Shown here piece after piece: positions 49,929 through 63,254 of a stretch of 64,000 bases of DNA (position 1 is its first letter; each line of letters opens with the position of its first letter). The notes under the pieces are model-generated. The model saw nothing but the letters and a program-made list of their open reading frames with translations, did no database searches and was not told the DNA's origin. This DNA comes from the human T2T-CHM13v2.0 reference genome, Homo sapiens. Where the stretch lies: assembly GCF_009914755.1 (NCBI RefSeq), contig NC_060935.1; one strand, given 5' to 3'. The position numbers and the translations under genes were made by a program.

Positions 49929-52424
49929 TCCTGATATCCACGTGGGGAGAAGATGATATTACTTCCAATTTCTCAGAAGGTGTACACCCCCCTATAATGT
50001 TATTCCTAATAGCCAGGGCGTAGGGGATGACATTACTCTAAATATCGCAGTGGGTGTACATCCCTTCTGTGATCTTGTTCCTAATATCCTGTTGGGGAGA
50101 GGATGATATTACTCCCAATATCGCAGGGGGCGTAGACCTTCTCTGAGATATTGCTCCTAATATCCGAAGGTGGAGAGGATGATATTTCTCTCAATTTCTC
50201 AGAGGGTGTACACCACCCCTGTGATATTGTTCCCAATATCCATGGGGTGAGAGGATGATATTAGTCTCAATATCGCAGGAGGTGTACACTTCCTAGTGAT
50301 ATTGTTCCTAATATCTAGGGACTGAGAGAATGATATTATTCCCAATATAGCAGTGGGCGTACACCCCTTCTGTGACATTGTTCCTAATAGCCAGCGGGGG
50401 AGAGGAAGATATTACTTTCAATATCGCAGGGCGTATACACCCAATTGTGATATTGTTCCTTATATCCCGGGAGGGAGACAATGATACGAGTGGCAATATC
50501 GCAGGCACTGTACACACCCACTGTGATATTGTTTTGATTATCCAGAGGGGAAGAAAATGATATTACTCCCAATATCACAGGGGGTGTACATCCTCCTGTG
50601 ATAATTGTTTCTTATATTCAGGGGGGAGAGGATAATATTACTCCCAATATTGCAGGGGTTGTACACACCTCCTGCAATATTTTCCCTAATATCCTGAAGG
50701 GAAGAGCATAATATGACTCTCAATATCGCAGGGGGTGTATACCTCCTTTGTAATATTGTTCTTAATATCCATGATGGCAGAGGACGATATTACTCCCAAT
50801 ATCACAATAAGTGTACAGCCTCCTGTGATACAGTTCCTAATATCTAGGTGGGGAGAGGATGATATGACTCCCAATATCGAAGAAGGTGTACACTACCGCC
50901 CCCCCCGCAATGTGACATTATTCCCAATATCCACGTTGGGAGATGATGATATTATGCCCAATATCGCAGGGGCTGTACACCCCTCCTGTGATATTATTCC
51001 TAATATCCTAGGGAAGAGAGGATGATATTACACCCAATATCGCAAGAGGGGTACATCCACCAAATGATATTCTTCTTAATGTCCAGGAAGGGGAAGGATG
51101 TTATTACTCTTGATATCGAAGTGGTTGTACTCCCCCCCCTGGGATATTGTTCCCAATATCCAGGGAAAGAGGGGATAACACCATGCCCAATATCGCAAGG
51201 GGCGTATATCTCCCCCGTGATATTGTTCCTAATATCCAAAGGTAGAGAGGATGGTATTACTCCCAATATCGCAGGGGGTGCACACCCCTCTTGTGATCCT
51301 GTTCATAATATTTAGGGGGCAAGAGAAGGATATTACTGTCCATATCACCGGGGTCACAACACTTCTGTGATAATTGTTTTTAATATTCAGTGGGGGAGAG
51401 GATGATAATAATTCCAACATAACAGGGGACACACCCTCTGTGATATTGTTCCTAATATCCGGGAGAAGAGAAATAATGTGACTCACAATATGGCATGGGG
51501 TGTACAGCACCTCCATAATATTGTTCCTAATATCCAGGAGGGATTAGAATGATATTATTCCCAATATCACAGGGAGTGTACACGACCCCTTTGATATTGT
51601 TCCTAATATCCAGGGAGGGAGAGGGTGATATTACTCCCAATATTGTCGGAGGTGTACAATACCCCTACTCCCATGTCATTGTTTTTAATCTTTAGGTGGG
51701 GAGAGGATGATATTACTCTCAATATCTCAGAGGGTGTACCCCTTCCTTCAGCCCATGTTTCAGCAGAGCCCCTTGAAGGGAGTCACAGTCTGTCTTAAGA
51801 AGGGGATTAGCCAGGAAGAGGGTTAATATGGCCCCACTGGAAATGGGTGGTCCACGTCTCACTTTGCCTGTTCCTTGTCTTTCTTCTCCTTCCACTCATG
51901 AGACCCCAGCAGTCTAGAAGAGAACGCTGCTCACTTCTGAGCACCCACTATAGTTGGGCTTATGGACAGATACAGGTTGAAGTTTATATCATTTCAGATA
52001 CCATTTTTTAGAAAGAAAGCTACAAATTTCTGAATACAAAGTAGACTTGGTGCCTTGAAAGAGATGGTTTCTGGCACAAGCCCCTGTGGTCAGGCATTTT
52101 CCATATGCCATCCCAGACCATAAGAATTGGACTCTAATTCTGACTCTAGCGCCTACTAGCTGATGGAAAAATAACCTCTCAGGGCCTCAGTTTTCTCCTC
52201 TATAAAATCTATCTTTAGGTAAAGAATTATCATTAGTAAGGCAAAGAGGCTCACACAGGGCTGCACTGAGGCTTGGATTTAGGTTTCCAATCTTAATAGA
52301 CAGACCATCCACCTGGTAACACAATCTTTCATCATCTCTGCATTCCAAGAGAGGACCACTGCTACAAAACAAACAAGAGTTTGAAGCCACCGAGACTATG
52401 ACCCTCAACCTTTCTTTGCATGAG

Positions 52425-52575
52425 GCCACCTGGAAAGCTTTAAAAATATAACAGTGACAAAACCCCTCCCCACAGGTTCTGATTTAATTGCTCTGGGTGT
52501 AATGCCCAGGCATTGGCTTTTTTTTTAACTCTCCAGGTGATTTTAATGTGCAGCCAGAGTTGAAATCCACTGCAC
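52425..52575. mobile_element. MER5-like hAT fragment
   Basis: CACCTGGAAAGCTTTAAAAATA...TTCTGATTTAATTG...CTCCAGGTGATTTTAATGTGCAGCCAGAGTTGA. Confidence 0.7.
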
Positions 52576-52649
52576 TAAAGCATTGTTTCCCTAGTACCTG
52601 GCTTCCTTCCGACCCACCTCTGTAACAGCTGCTTCAAATGGGGCCCATC

Positions 52650-53754
52650 AGTGGGAATGTAAATGAGTACAGCTGCTGTAGAAAACAGTGTGGAGGTTCC
52701 AAAAATAAACAAACAAAAAAAGAACTACCATATGATCCAGCAACACCACTACTGGGTATTTATCCAGAGGAAAGGAAATCAATATATTGAAGAAATATCT
52801 GCACCTCATGTCCCCATGTTTATTCCAGCATTATTCACAATAGCCAAGATATGGACTCCATCTAAATGTCCGTCAACAGATGAATAGATAAAGAAAATGT
52901 GGTACGTATACACAATGGAATAGTATTCAGCCATAAAAAGAATGAAATCCTGTCATTCACAGAAACATGGATGGGCCTGGAGGACATCATGTTAAATGAA
53001 ATAACTCTGGCACAGAAAGATGTATACCACATGATATGGTTTGGCTATGTTCCCACCCAAATCTCATCTTGAACTTTAGCTCTCATAATTTCCACGTGCT
53101 GTGGAAGGGAACCAGTGGGAGATAATCAAACCATGGGAGCGGTTCTCACAAGATGTGATGGTTTCATAAGCGGTTTCTCCTTTGGCTTGGCTCTCATTCT
53201 CTCTTGCCTGCCGCCAGGTAAGACATGACTTTCACCTTCCACCACGATTGTGAGGCCTCCCCAGCCATATGCAACTGTGAGTCCATTAAACTTCTTTTTC
53301 TTTATAAATTACCCAGTCTTGAGTATGTGTTTATCAGCAGTGTGAAAACGGACTAATACACCACATGTTCTCACTCATAAATTGGAGCTAAAAAGAAAAT
53401 TGAGCTCACAGAAGTACAGACTAGAATAGTAGTTATTAGAGGACAGAAATTCTGGTGGGGTAAGGGGAGGATAGGGAGATGTTGGTTAACAGATACAAAT
53501 TTATAGCTAGATGGGAGGAATGAGCTCTAGTGTTCTGCAGCACAGTAGGGTGATTATAGTTAACAATAATTTAGTGTATAATTTCAAAAATCTAGAAGAG
53601 AGGATTTTGAATGTTCCCAACACAAAGAAATGATGTTTGAGATGATGGATATGCTAATTATCCAGATTTGACCATTACACATTGTATGCATGTTTCAAAA
53701 TATCACTCTTAGCCCATAAATATTATTACATGTCAACTAAAAATAAAAGGAGAA
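52650..53754 (+). mobile_element. L1MA-type 3' portion interrupted by a THE1 LTR
   Basis: ORF2 end and 3' UTR (CATATGATCCAGCAA...TTATTCACAATAGCCAAGATATGG). 14-bp TSD AAATGGGGCCCATC at 52636-52649 and 53755-53768. Confidence 0.9.
53032..53360 (+). mobile_element. THE1 (THE1B-like) solo LTR
   Basis: TGATATGGTTTGGCT...GAAAACGGACTAATACA with perfect TSD CCACA at 53027-53031 and 53361-53365. Confidence 0.92.
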
Positions 53755-55249
53755 AAATGGGGCCCATCTGAGAGGACAGCAATAAGAGTGACAACCTCAA
53801 AAACAATATTCCAACATTTATAGAGTATGTTACAGTCACAGAGCATTTGCACAGACCCAGCCTCATTTGGTTTCCACAAGAAGGCAAAGAGGCAGACACT
53901 ACTTCTATGATCCTCCTTTTATAATTGAGAAAAGAGAGGCTCAGAAGCAGGACTGAAATCCAGAAGATCAGTCCCATAAGCCAGCAGCACAAATGTCTCA
54001 GGGTTACAAAGGAGAATACTGTAAGATATTAAAAAGAGCATCAGAAGGAGTCAGAAGACCTGAGTTTCTAGTTTTGGCAATTTGGTCTTAGACAAGTCAT
54101 ATGCTATCTCTGTCAAGCACTTGGCCCATTTATAATCTGAAGGGTCTGACTTCTTGAGCTCTAAACTCCCTTTGACAGGCTGGAGTCTAGGCCTGGGTTA
54201 GTCACTGAAGTGTGACTTTCAAATCATTAACTTCTCTGAACCTCAAATTGTAATTCTCCACATGTCAAATCAAGAGAGGGCAATAAATTTTAAAAAAGCA
54301 AGATCAGAGACTGTAGTGAAAGCCATATGCTCTCTCTCCCTATGATTTTGTCAGCCAATAAAACACCACTTGGGTGTAATTGGCAGAATCTGTTGTTCTC
54401 TACAGTTTCATTGGCTTCTCCTCACAGGAGCAAGAATGATTCATCCAGCAGGTGAAAAAGTAAGAGGCAAACATTCAGTCATCCACCTCTCTTTATTCTG
54501 GAGGGGTAAAATTCTACAGCTCTCTTGCCTTGAGGACCTTCCTCTCCCTGGCTCCCCGCATGCACCTGGTATGAGGCAGCCATGTTTCTCTACTCAACTG
54601 GCCCTAGATGTGACCCTTCCCAAATGCAGATCCCAACATCCAGCTTCAGCAAGGGTTTCAAGGGAGTATGAGGAAGAGCATTTGGGTATACATTCAAGAC
54701 ATGAGATCCAATCCAAGCAATAATCCTGAAATTGTAATCCCTGACTATTACATATATATATGTTTCTCAAATGATCCAGGATTCAAATGCAAGAGACTAA
54801 CTGATTAACTAACCACTAAAATCCCAAATTAAAATTTTCCTCATGTATCTCCAAAGAGTTGTTCTAAGGATTCAAAAAGATAAGGAATAAGAAGTCTTTG
54901 CTTCCCCATCACATCTCCAGAAAAAAGGTGAATTTCTTAGAAGCCAAGCCAACCAAGCTCCAAGGCAAAGTGAAGAATACCATTTATTCTGGGGATTCTC
55001 TTAGAAAGGCATGTTTTAATCATGAGTTTCAGTAATTACTTAATTAGCATGGCATTTTTACCTCCCTGGCCTAATGCTGAGCCTCAGAATTCTAATGGAA
55101 ATTTTCCTTCAGCCGAATTCACTCCTTTCAAGAAGATGCTCAAGATGGTTTTGTTGTTCAGTTTGTTTTTTGGTAAAGGGAGAGGAAAGTACAAAAGAAC
55201 CCATCAAACATGGAAATCAAAGCCAGAGTGAAGCTGTGAACTGTAAGGC

Positions 55250-55500
55250 ACAAGGCAAGAGGAAGGGTAGCATGGCGGTTAAATATCAGCTTTGGAACCA
55301 AGAAGGCTGAGCCTGAATCCTCACTCTACACTGACTGTGTGGCCCTGGGCAATTTGTTTAATTTTCCAGGGGGTCTCTGTTTTCTCAGCCATAAAATGAA
55401 GATAACAGTAGTATCTCTTTTCTCCAGTGGTTGTGAAGACTCTGTAAGATACTATGCATCCAGCATCAAGTGAAGTGCCTAGAACATGTTACTCATTCAT
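55250..55500 (+). mobile_element. MIR
   Basis: GCATGGCGGTTAA...CTGTGTGGCCCTGGGCAA...TAAAATGAAGATAACAGTAGTA. Confidence 0.75.
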
Positions 55501-55991
55501 TTAGCTACTCTTTGAATTTTCAATTAGCCACTTACTAATAGTTGGGTAATATGCCTGTCCTTTCTGAGCTTCAATTTCCTTTTTGAAAAGCAGAAAAAAT
55601 AAAATGTCTACCTTGAATGGTTGTCATAAGAACTGGAAAAAGACCAACATTATACCTAGCACTTAGAAGGTACTTCACAAAGAAAGCTATTATTTAAGTG
55701 ATCATAAAACTTTAAGGAAATTTAGTATGTCTTCATCAGGAAACATTTTAGAATGGGCTTTTTAAAATCTTCTACTCGACAACAAGCTGTTCAAGAGAAG
55801 AAACTGTGTCTCTTTTCATCTTTACACTCCCAGTGCCTGATACATTAGACACTCAGCAAAATTTTATTTGGGTGAACTAGACAAAATCCCTAGCCCATTC
55901 CTCAATCTTGATTTTATGGGTCAACTTTTCCAAATTTTCAGCCAGTAAAGAATCACTCTTTAAAATAGTGTTTCTTAAGCTCCTGTATAAC

Positions 55992-56409
55992 TGTGATGAT
56001 TAATTTTACATGTCAACTAGACTATGCCACAGGGTGCCCAGATTAAGCATTATTTTCTGGGTGTGTTTGTGAGAGTGTCTCTGGCAAAGATTAGCATATG
56101 AATTCGGAGACTCAATATTGCCCTCCCCAGTGTGGCTGTGCATTTATCCAATTTATTGAAGGCTTGAATAGGACAAAAAGGAGGAAGGAAACAAATTCAC
56201 CCCTTTCACTTCTTGTCTGCCTGTTTAAGCTGGGTTATTGGTCTTCTCGTACCCATGGACTGGGATCTATGTGATAGACCCTCCTAGTTCTCAGGCCTTC
56301 AGACTCAGAATGGGATTACACCACTGACTACACTGACTATCCTGTAGCTTGTAGATGGCAGATTATGGGACTTCTCAGCCTCATGTGAGCAAATTCCTCA
56401 TGATAAATC

Positions 56410-56411
<2 letters not shown>
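55992..56411 (+). mobile_element. MLT2 (ERV-L) LTR, partial
   Basis: TGTGATGATTAATTTTACATGTCAACTAGAC...GGGTGCCCAGATT...TTCTCAGGCCTTCAGACTC...GATGGCAGATTATGGGACTTCTCAGCCTC. Confidence 0.85.

Positions 56412-56450
<39 letters not shown>
56412..56450. repeat. (TG)19 microsatellite
   Basis: Perfect TG run at the end of the MLT2 piece. Confidence 0.97.
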
Positions 56451-56453
<3 letters not shown>

Positions 56454-58339
56454 CTAAATGCGATTAGAGATAAGGTGGTTTCATCTTGCGATATATGGAC
56501 AAGGAAAAAAAACCCAGACTTTTCATTAAGCTCACAGTGCACCCTTTGCCCATAGCTCCCTCCTGCCTCCCTTTTTCCATCCTATATCTGTTCCTTCCTT
56601 CATCCTTCAACCTCAAAAGATTCTTTCCTGGTCACTCTATGAGCTCATGCATGCTCACTGTCCTCAGGACTCACAAAATCATGGAATGACAAAGTCATAT
56701 GAGTATTATAAAGGTCATCTAAAGGAAACCACCCATCAGAGATACAATAATGCTCTCTACAAACACCCTTCCTAAGTGCTCATCCAGACTGGCTTACACA
56801 CAGCGCATGATAAGAAATTCACCTCTCTATTAGGCCTTCCAACTTATCGTTGGTCAGCTCTGTTAGAAACTTACATTTAACCCAGACCTATCTCTCTGTA
56901 GCTTCTACCCAGTCCCTGTTTGTAGCTTTGTCTTTTGCAGGCTCACAGTATGAGCTGACTCTCCTTTCAATATCACAAATCTTCAACTTAACTCATTGTG
57001 CATGTATATCCTATCCCCACAACCAGATTAAAAGCCGCTAACAAGCAGTCTCCATGTTTCATGTTCTTTGTGCCCAACAGGTGCTTAATAAATACATACC
57101 TAATAAATGCTGTAAACACTTCTTTGCTATGTTGGCTGTTTTCTCTTAGTCTAGACTCATCCCATTGGGGCACCTATAAACAATTTCTTCCTCTGTTCAG
57201 GTGCTTAACAGCCAACTCACGTAATGCTGAGTAAATAGAAAGAGAAAAGGAAGGAAGAAGAAACATTTTTTAAAATTCCATCTTCAGGTGAACCAGGAGG
57301 CAATTTTCTTTTGCAGGCACATTATTTGCAACCCTGACAGTCACACATCAAAGTAAGGAAAAATCTAAGTGCTGTCCATTTCCCTCACAATATGCATGGG
57401 AGATCACATTATGTCCTGCGGAGCTATGAACAAATGGGAAGAAGTAGAATATATCCCTAATTGCTGTTTGCTTGGATTATTTTGAAATTGGTCAGAGGGC
57501 TTTCCACTTTGCTGAGCGCTTTATACAATACATTTGAATTTTCACTGAATATTTAAATGTCTGGTTCATATTCAAGTGTTTGACAGCTGGTTGAGCTTTT
57601 TTTTAAACCAAAGAAGATAAAGAGCCCCACACTTCCTGTAGAGTATTGAAGAAGGAATTGTTTGACTAATTTAATACTGTCTAAGGCAAAGAAATGCAAA
57701 ACTGGCCAGATTTATAAAATATTCTGATTTTTTAATATAAGAGGGATAAGCATTTTGTTTGTTTTGTATGAGGGTTGGGGAAGTAATGTGATTGGAGACT
57801 GTATTCATCAATATTATGCAAATAATAGACATCTGATCATATCACTTTGGAAGAGAATATTAAAATGGCAGTTTTCCTATTGTCTCAGTTTGAACTAAAG
57901 CCCCAGATTTAAGAAAAAAGATGCCAGCTACAACCACACTAGAAAGCAAGGTCCTAGGTATGCAAAGAATATAATCCAAAACAAGTCTTGCAAATCTTAA
58001 CCCAATAGGCTCAATCAGCCAATTGAGGAGTGATTGGGAAACCTTCGGTGGATTCTGTGGCAGTCCCAAGTTCATGGGGAGCTTCAGGAGAAATACTTGG
58101 AAAGCTTGGAACTTGTGAGAAAACAAAGATGGTAAACTGAAGCATGCCTAAAAAGAAATCCAAATACAAGAGTCTGGCCAGCCTAATGGCAGAGTGAAGA
58201 GTGAGGCTGTTTTGGAAAGAGTTGCACTCTTGAAGTTTGATGAAAGAGGGAGCATGCCTCCTCCTACAGTTTGCCTGATGCCTCCACCAACCCTAAGCTT
58301 CCTTTAAAGGGATTTCATCCAAAATAACCATTTGAGGTG

Positions 58340-58785
58340 TATATTAGTCAGGGTTCTCTAGAGGAACAAAACTAATAGGATAAAGTATAAATATGGGAGT
58401 TTATTAAGTATCAACTCACACAATCAAAAGGTCCCACAATAGGCCATCTGCAAGGTGAGGAGCAAGGAGAGCCAGTCCAAGTCCCAAAACTGAAGAATTT
58501 GGAGTCCAATGTTTGAGGACAGGAAGCATCCAGCATAGGAGAAACATACAGGCTGGGAGACTAGGCCAGTCTAGTCTTTTCACATTTTTTTTCTGCCTGC
58601 TTTATATTCTAGCCATGCTGGCAGCTGATTAGATGGTGCCCACCCAGATTAAGTGTGGGTCTGCCTTTCCCAGCCCACTGACTCAAACATTAATCTCCTT
58701 TGGCAACACCCTCACAGACACACCCAGGATCAATAATTTGCATCCTTCAATCCGATCAAGTTGACACTCAGTATTAACCATCACA
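58340..58785 (-). mobile_element. MLT2A solo LTR
   Basis: TATATTAGTCAGGGTTCTCTAGAGG...AAGTTGACACTCAGTATTAACCATCACA with TSD AGGTG at 58335-58339 and 58786-58790. Confidence 0.92.
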
Positions 58786-60491
58786 AGGTGGAAGGTGAGA
58801 TCAGCAGAAAGGGGCTAACCCTGAACTGGTAGAACTCAGAGTTTGAGGGCAGGGGTTGATCATTGGTGCCCAGCCACAGTAGCACTGCTGGCAAAAAAGA
58901 AACGAGGTGCATCAGAGAAATCTTTCCGGATGAGGACAGCCCCATCCTTTCCTGGCCTCCAACCCTGGAGGAGCCAGAGATAGCACGGTTAGTGGGCAAG
59001 GGAGAGGAGAAAAGCAATATGAAGAAGTAGATGAACATGCTCCTTCCTTGATGTAAGCTCAAAGCCTGCCTCAGGCCTGAGCTAAGGGAAGAAAATAATT
59101 TCATAATCAGATGAAAACGTGAAGTTGATATTAGACTGAACTAGACATTTATAACTGAAAAAAAGAGATAGAACATTTATATCCAAGATGGATGAGAAAG
59201 GCAATGCTACCTAGCCAAATCTCATTTGGAATCTTGGAAAAAATGACTCAGTGGAGCAAGTTTAACAGAAACTGGTGAGAAAGAAAAGTTGCTTTCTGCT
59301 CGTGACCACCACCAAGTTCAGCGGGGGAAATGTGTTACTTACAAGTGTCTTGCTTTAAAAAACAAATAAATAAAATTAAAATTAAAAACTACATGATTGA
59401 TTTTAAGATAATCAAATCCTCACAAGGCATGTGTTTGCATATCAGGTCCCTGCCAATCTTGTGAACTCCATCTCAAGCTAACCCCCACCTACACCCACAC
59501 AATAACTCCAGCCACGTAGATTTCTGGAAGCTTCTCAAAATATAAGCTGCTTATCACCTCAGGCACATACTTTTCCCTTTGCCTTTGAATTGCTTGCCTC
59601 TTCTCATCCTCACATGGCTAATTTCTCCTTATTCTTGGAGTGCTTATAGGCAACAGAAACTAGCAGAAACAAGCAGAAAGTGAATTCATTGGAAGGGTAG
59701 AGGGTAGCTCACACAAACAAATACTAAAGAAACAATTCATTTAAAACACAGCTGGAAAAGAACAAAAGCCAAGGGAGTCCAAGGAATTAAGATGGAAGGA
59801 AATGATGGACAAGCTCTTCCAGAGGGTGAATCATCTTCAGCTGTTTTCATTTTGCTTGTTCACAGGAGAAGAGTCAGTGCTAGGCTGGGACATAGGCTCA
59901 CCCCTGACTAGGAGAGGGCTGAGTACTTGCACACAATGCAGAAGCAAAAATTCCTCCCAAGAAAATCGGGACACAATTACTACAATAATGGTAGGCAGGC
60001 AAAACAACTGAAATCCACTCCACTTAAGAACGACTTTAAATGTTTCTTCCTTTGCCAGTTAATAGCCAGCAACCTTTGGGTAGATTGCTTACAGTATCTC
60101 TGCCTCAGTTTTTAATCTCAAAATGGTAAAAGTACCCACCTCATAGGATAGCTGTGAAGATTAAATTAATAAATACATATAACCCACTGAGCACAACTAT
60201 TGTACACAGGAAGTATTATCTGTTATTATCTTTTCGGAAAATTTTCTATGATCACCTTGCCAGGTCAATCTGTTATATTTTCTTATCCCATCTTACATTT
60301 CTCCTTTGAACACTCAGCATAAGTGAACTTCAGAATTATTTGTGTAAAGGTGTCTATCCCACTAGGCTGTGTATGTATATATGTATTTGTATAATTTTTA
60401 ACTGTGTATATCTCATTGGCTCTATAAGGGCAGAGGAAATAGTCATCTTTTCCAACTTGTATATGTTTCCAATGCATAGGTCATAGCAGAG

Positions 60492-60984
60492 TACCGTAGA
60501 CTGACAATGGACCCCAAAGATATTCAGGTCCTAATTCCTGGAACCTGGGAACATTACCTTAAATGAGAAAAAGGACTTTGAAGGTATGACTAAGTTAAAG
60601 ATCTTGCGATGGGGAGGTTATCCTGGATTGTCTGAGTGGTCCCTAAATGTAATCACAAATGTCTTTATGAAAAGGAAGTAGAAGGAGATTTGATACAGAA
60701 GAAGAGAAGGCAATGAGATGTCAAAAGCAAGAAGTTGGAATGATGTGAAGAAGGAGTCACAGGCCAAGGAATGCAGGCAGCTTCCAGTAGCTAGAAAAAG
60801 GCAAGGAAGCCAATTCTCCCCTAGAGCCTCCAAGAAGGAACCAGCCCTGCTGGCACCGTGGTGTTAGCCCAGTTAAACTGATTCTGGACTTTTGACCTCC
60901 AGATTTATACAGGAATAAATCTGTGTTGTTTTAAGCTACTAAGTTTGTGGTAATTTATTACAACAGCCATAAGGAACTAATACA
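60492..60984 (+). mobile_element. MLT1D-like solo LTR
   Basis: AATGGACCCCAAAGAT...GGTTATCCTGGATT...GCCAAGGAATGCAGGCAGC...GGAACTAATACA. Confidence 0.85.
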
Positions 60985-61043
60985 TAGGCACATAAGAAAT
61001 ATTTGCTGAATAAATATATGAGACTTTGCAAACGGCAAAAAGA

Positions 61044-61335
61044 AGCCAAGCATGATGGCTCATGCCTGTAATCCCAGCACTTTGAGAGGCCAAGGCGGGC
61101 AGACAGCTTGAGCTCAGGAGTTTGAGACCAGCCTGGGAAACATGACAAAACCCTGTCTCTACCAAAAATACAAAAAATTAGCTGGGCATGGTGGCATACA
61201 CATGTGGTTCCAGCTACTCGGGAAGCTGAGGTGGGAGGAATACTTGAGCCTGGAAGTTTCAAGTGAGCTGCTATCGCACCATTGCCCTCCAACCTGGCCT
61301 ACAGATGAGACCCCATCTCAAAAAATAAAATAAAG
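61044..61335 (+). mobile_element. AluJ
   Basis: GCTCATGCCTGTAATCCCAGCACTTTG...CTTGAGCTCAGGAGTTTGAGACC and A-rich tail. Confidence 0.9.
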
Positions 61336-62655
61336 AATAGCAAAACGAGTGGAAATAAAAACCAGCATGGAAGCTGAAGTATGAGAAGTCTTCATGATGT
61401 AGATAACTCTGAGCAATTTATTTTGGTCCACACCTCTCAAATGTCATGATAGGTGGATCAGTTAAATACTGCACATCCCTGTGTTTGTCAAAGCTCTTAG
61501 TTGCAAGCTGAAGGAGTTACCACTGGCTGATTTAAGCAGGCAAAAGGAATTTATTGAAAATATTGTGTTTATTTCAGATTCACCAGGATAACTGAAGTAC
61601 TAGTTTCAAGCCTAGCCATGCACCTTGTTCATTGCAACATGACAGCCCTGTAGAAGTCATGCAGTCAGAAGAAACATACTAAACATGCTGCACAATTGGT
61701 CTGGGGAAGACACCATTGGCACTGCACCAAACACAGCATTGCATCACAAGCCCAGCTGGCACCCAATACTGGCTGCCACCATTGTTACTGCAGTTTCTCA
61801 TCTCCCTGCAGCACTGCAGCTGGAGAGTTCCTCAAGAGTCCTAAACTACAAGGAAGTCTAGGAAAGTAAGGACTGGACATTTTTAGTGTTTGTAATAAGA
61901 GGCATCTCAAGCACCTAACAAGATGCAAAATGAGGGCAGGGGAGATTCCCCACCGAAAAAAAGATTCAGGTGATGAGGAACCACAACGGAAAGATAAATG
62001 GATTCTACCATTCCATATCCAAAGCTTACAGTAAACTTACTTTCAAGCACTGGAATTCACCATGAATTCCCAAAATTAGAATGCGTACTCATGTAGCTAA
62101 TGACCTTCTGTGTCCAATCACTTTTAAATTCGAATTAAAGCAGGTAACAAAATATTGAAGCTATTGAGGTTAAATATGTCCTCCTCAATTTCTAAATTAA
62201 ATGAAAACATCTTGAGGAATTTTTAATGATGAATTTCCTTACTCAGATTGCCAAATGACATGATCAACAGAGAAAAGCCTGGTTTTGTTTCTCCATCACA
62301 CTGCCCTATTAGATTGAATTAGAGCCATATTAACTACTTGTCAAAATGGTAAAAGATAATCTTATTTGGAAGCAATCAAATAACTAGAGTTTGGGTAGAT
62401 ATAAAATGTCACTATAATAAAGGAAGTATGGAAATCCTAGACCTTGGGCTATCAAAGTCTGCTACTTAAAATAGCCATTCAACTAATATTTTGCCTTTTT
62501 CCATATCAGAAAACTGGCTAATCACTGGGAATTTTTTTTTCCTGCTTAAGAAGGAATTCCTGAAGGAATGTATATTCTATGGAGGGTTGAAAGGATACTG
62601 ATATGTAAAAAATGATTATAATAATTATAAGATATAGCGGGTGCCCTAACAGATG

Positions 62656-63092
62656 TGTTATGGTTTGAATTGTATTCCACCCAAGATTCATGTGCTGAAA
62701 TTCTAACTCCTGGTGCTTCAGAATGTGACCTTATTTGGAAGTAGGACCATAGCAGATGTCACTAATTAAATTAAAATGAGATCTTACTGAAGTAGAGTTG
62801 GCCTCTAATCCAGTTGACTGTCATCCTTATAAAAAGAATGTCATGTGAAGAGACAGGCATGCACATGGGAAGAATGCTATGTGAAGGTTTGAGTTATACT
62901 GCAACAAGCCGAGAAACTTCCAGAAGTTAGGACAGAGGCCTAGAACAGATCCTTCCCCATCATCTTTAGAGAGATCATGGCCCTGCCAATACCTGATCTT
63001 GGACTGCTAGAACTGTGAGAAAATACATTCCTCTTGTTCTAAATCACTCAGTGTGTGATACTTGTTAATGGTAGCCTTAGAAAACTGATACA
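62656..63092 (+). mobile_element. MLT1 solo LTR
   Basis: TGTTATGGTTTGAATTGT...AAACTGATACA with perfect TSD AGATG at 62651-62655 and 63093-63097. Confidence 0.9.
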
Positions 63093-63254
63093 AGATGTAT
63101 GGGTCAAGTGTTCTGTGACCACATGGGAGGGACAGATTCATTATGGCTGAGGATCTGAAAAAAGTGACCTCAGGGAAGGTGCCATCAGTTGCATATATGG
63201 AAAAGCGAAAAGGATTTCAACTGGCAGGGAAAATATAGGTTAAGAAAGGAGCGT

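Larger units (their letters stand above)
26620..51741. repeat. SATR1/SATR2-type satellite array (about 17 kb net, roughly 230 monomers of 72-76 bp), interrupted by a provirus
   Basis: Monomer seen throughout: GATATTGGGAGTAATATC-ATCCTCTCCCCCCTG-GATATTAGGAACAATATC-ACAGGGGGGTGTACACCCCCTGC (one period runs 29283-29358). Forward blocks at about 26620-30046, 35930-38540 and 47862-49528; reverse blocks at about 30393-35925, 38917-40925 and 49929-51741. The SATR name is from recall of the consensus. Confidence 0.88.

Noticed and set aside
26633-51516. Dozens of 60-264 aa ORFs with repeating ILGVISSSPPLDIRNNITGGCTP or VILFLISRGGEDDITPNIAG motifs
   Set aside because: They are translations of the satellite monomer on both strands and in all frames, with constant frameshifts and no sign of coding constraint.
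26620-51741. CRISPR-like look of regularly spaced short palindromic repeats
   Set aside because: The intervening segments are homologous, not unique spacers. There are no cas genes and the context is a primate genome.
26600-51760. The whole array as a classical transposon with TIRs and TSD
   Set aside because: The outer arms are inverted relative to each other, but I found no TSD, no defined terminal motif and no transposase. Kept only as an architectural analogy.
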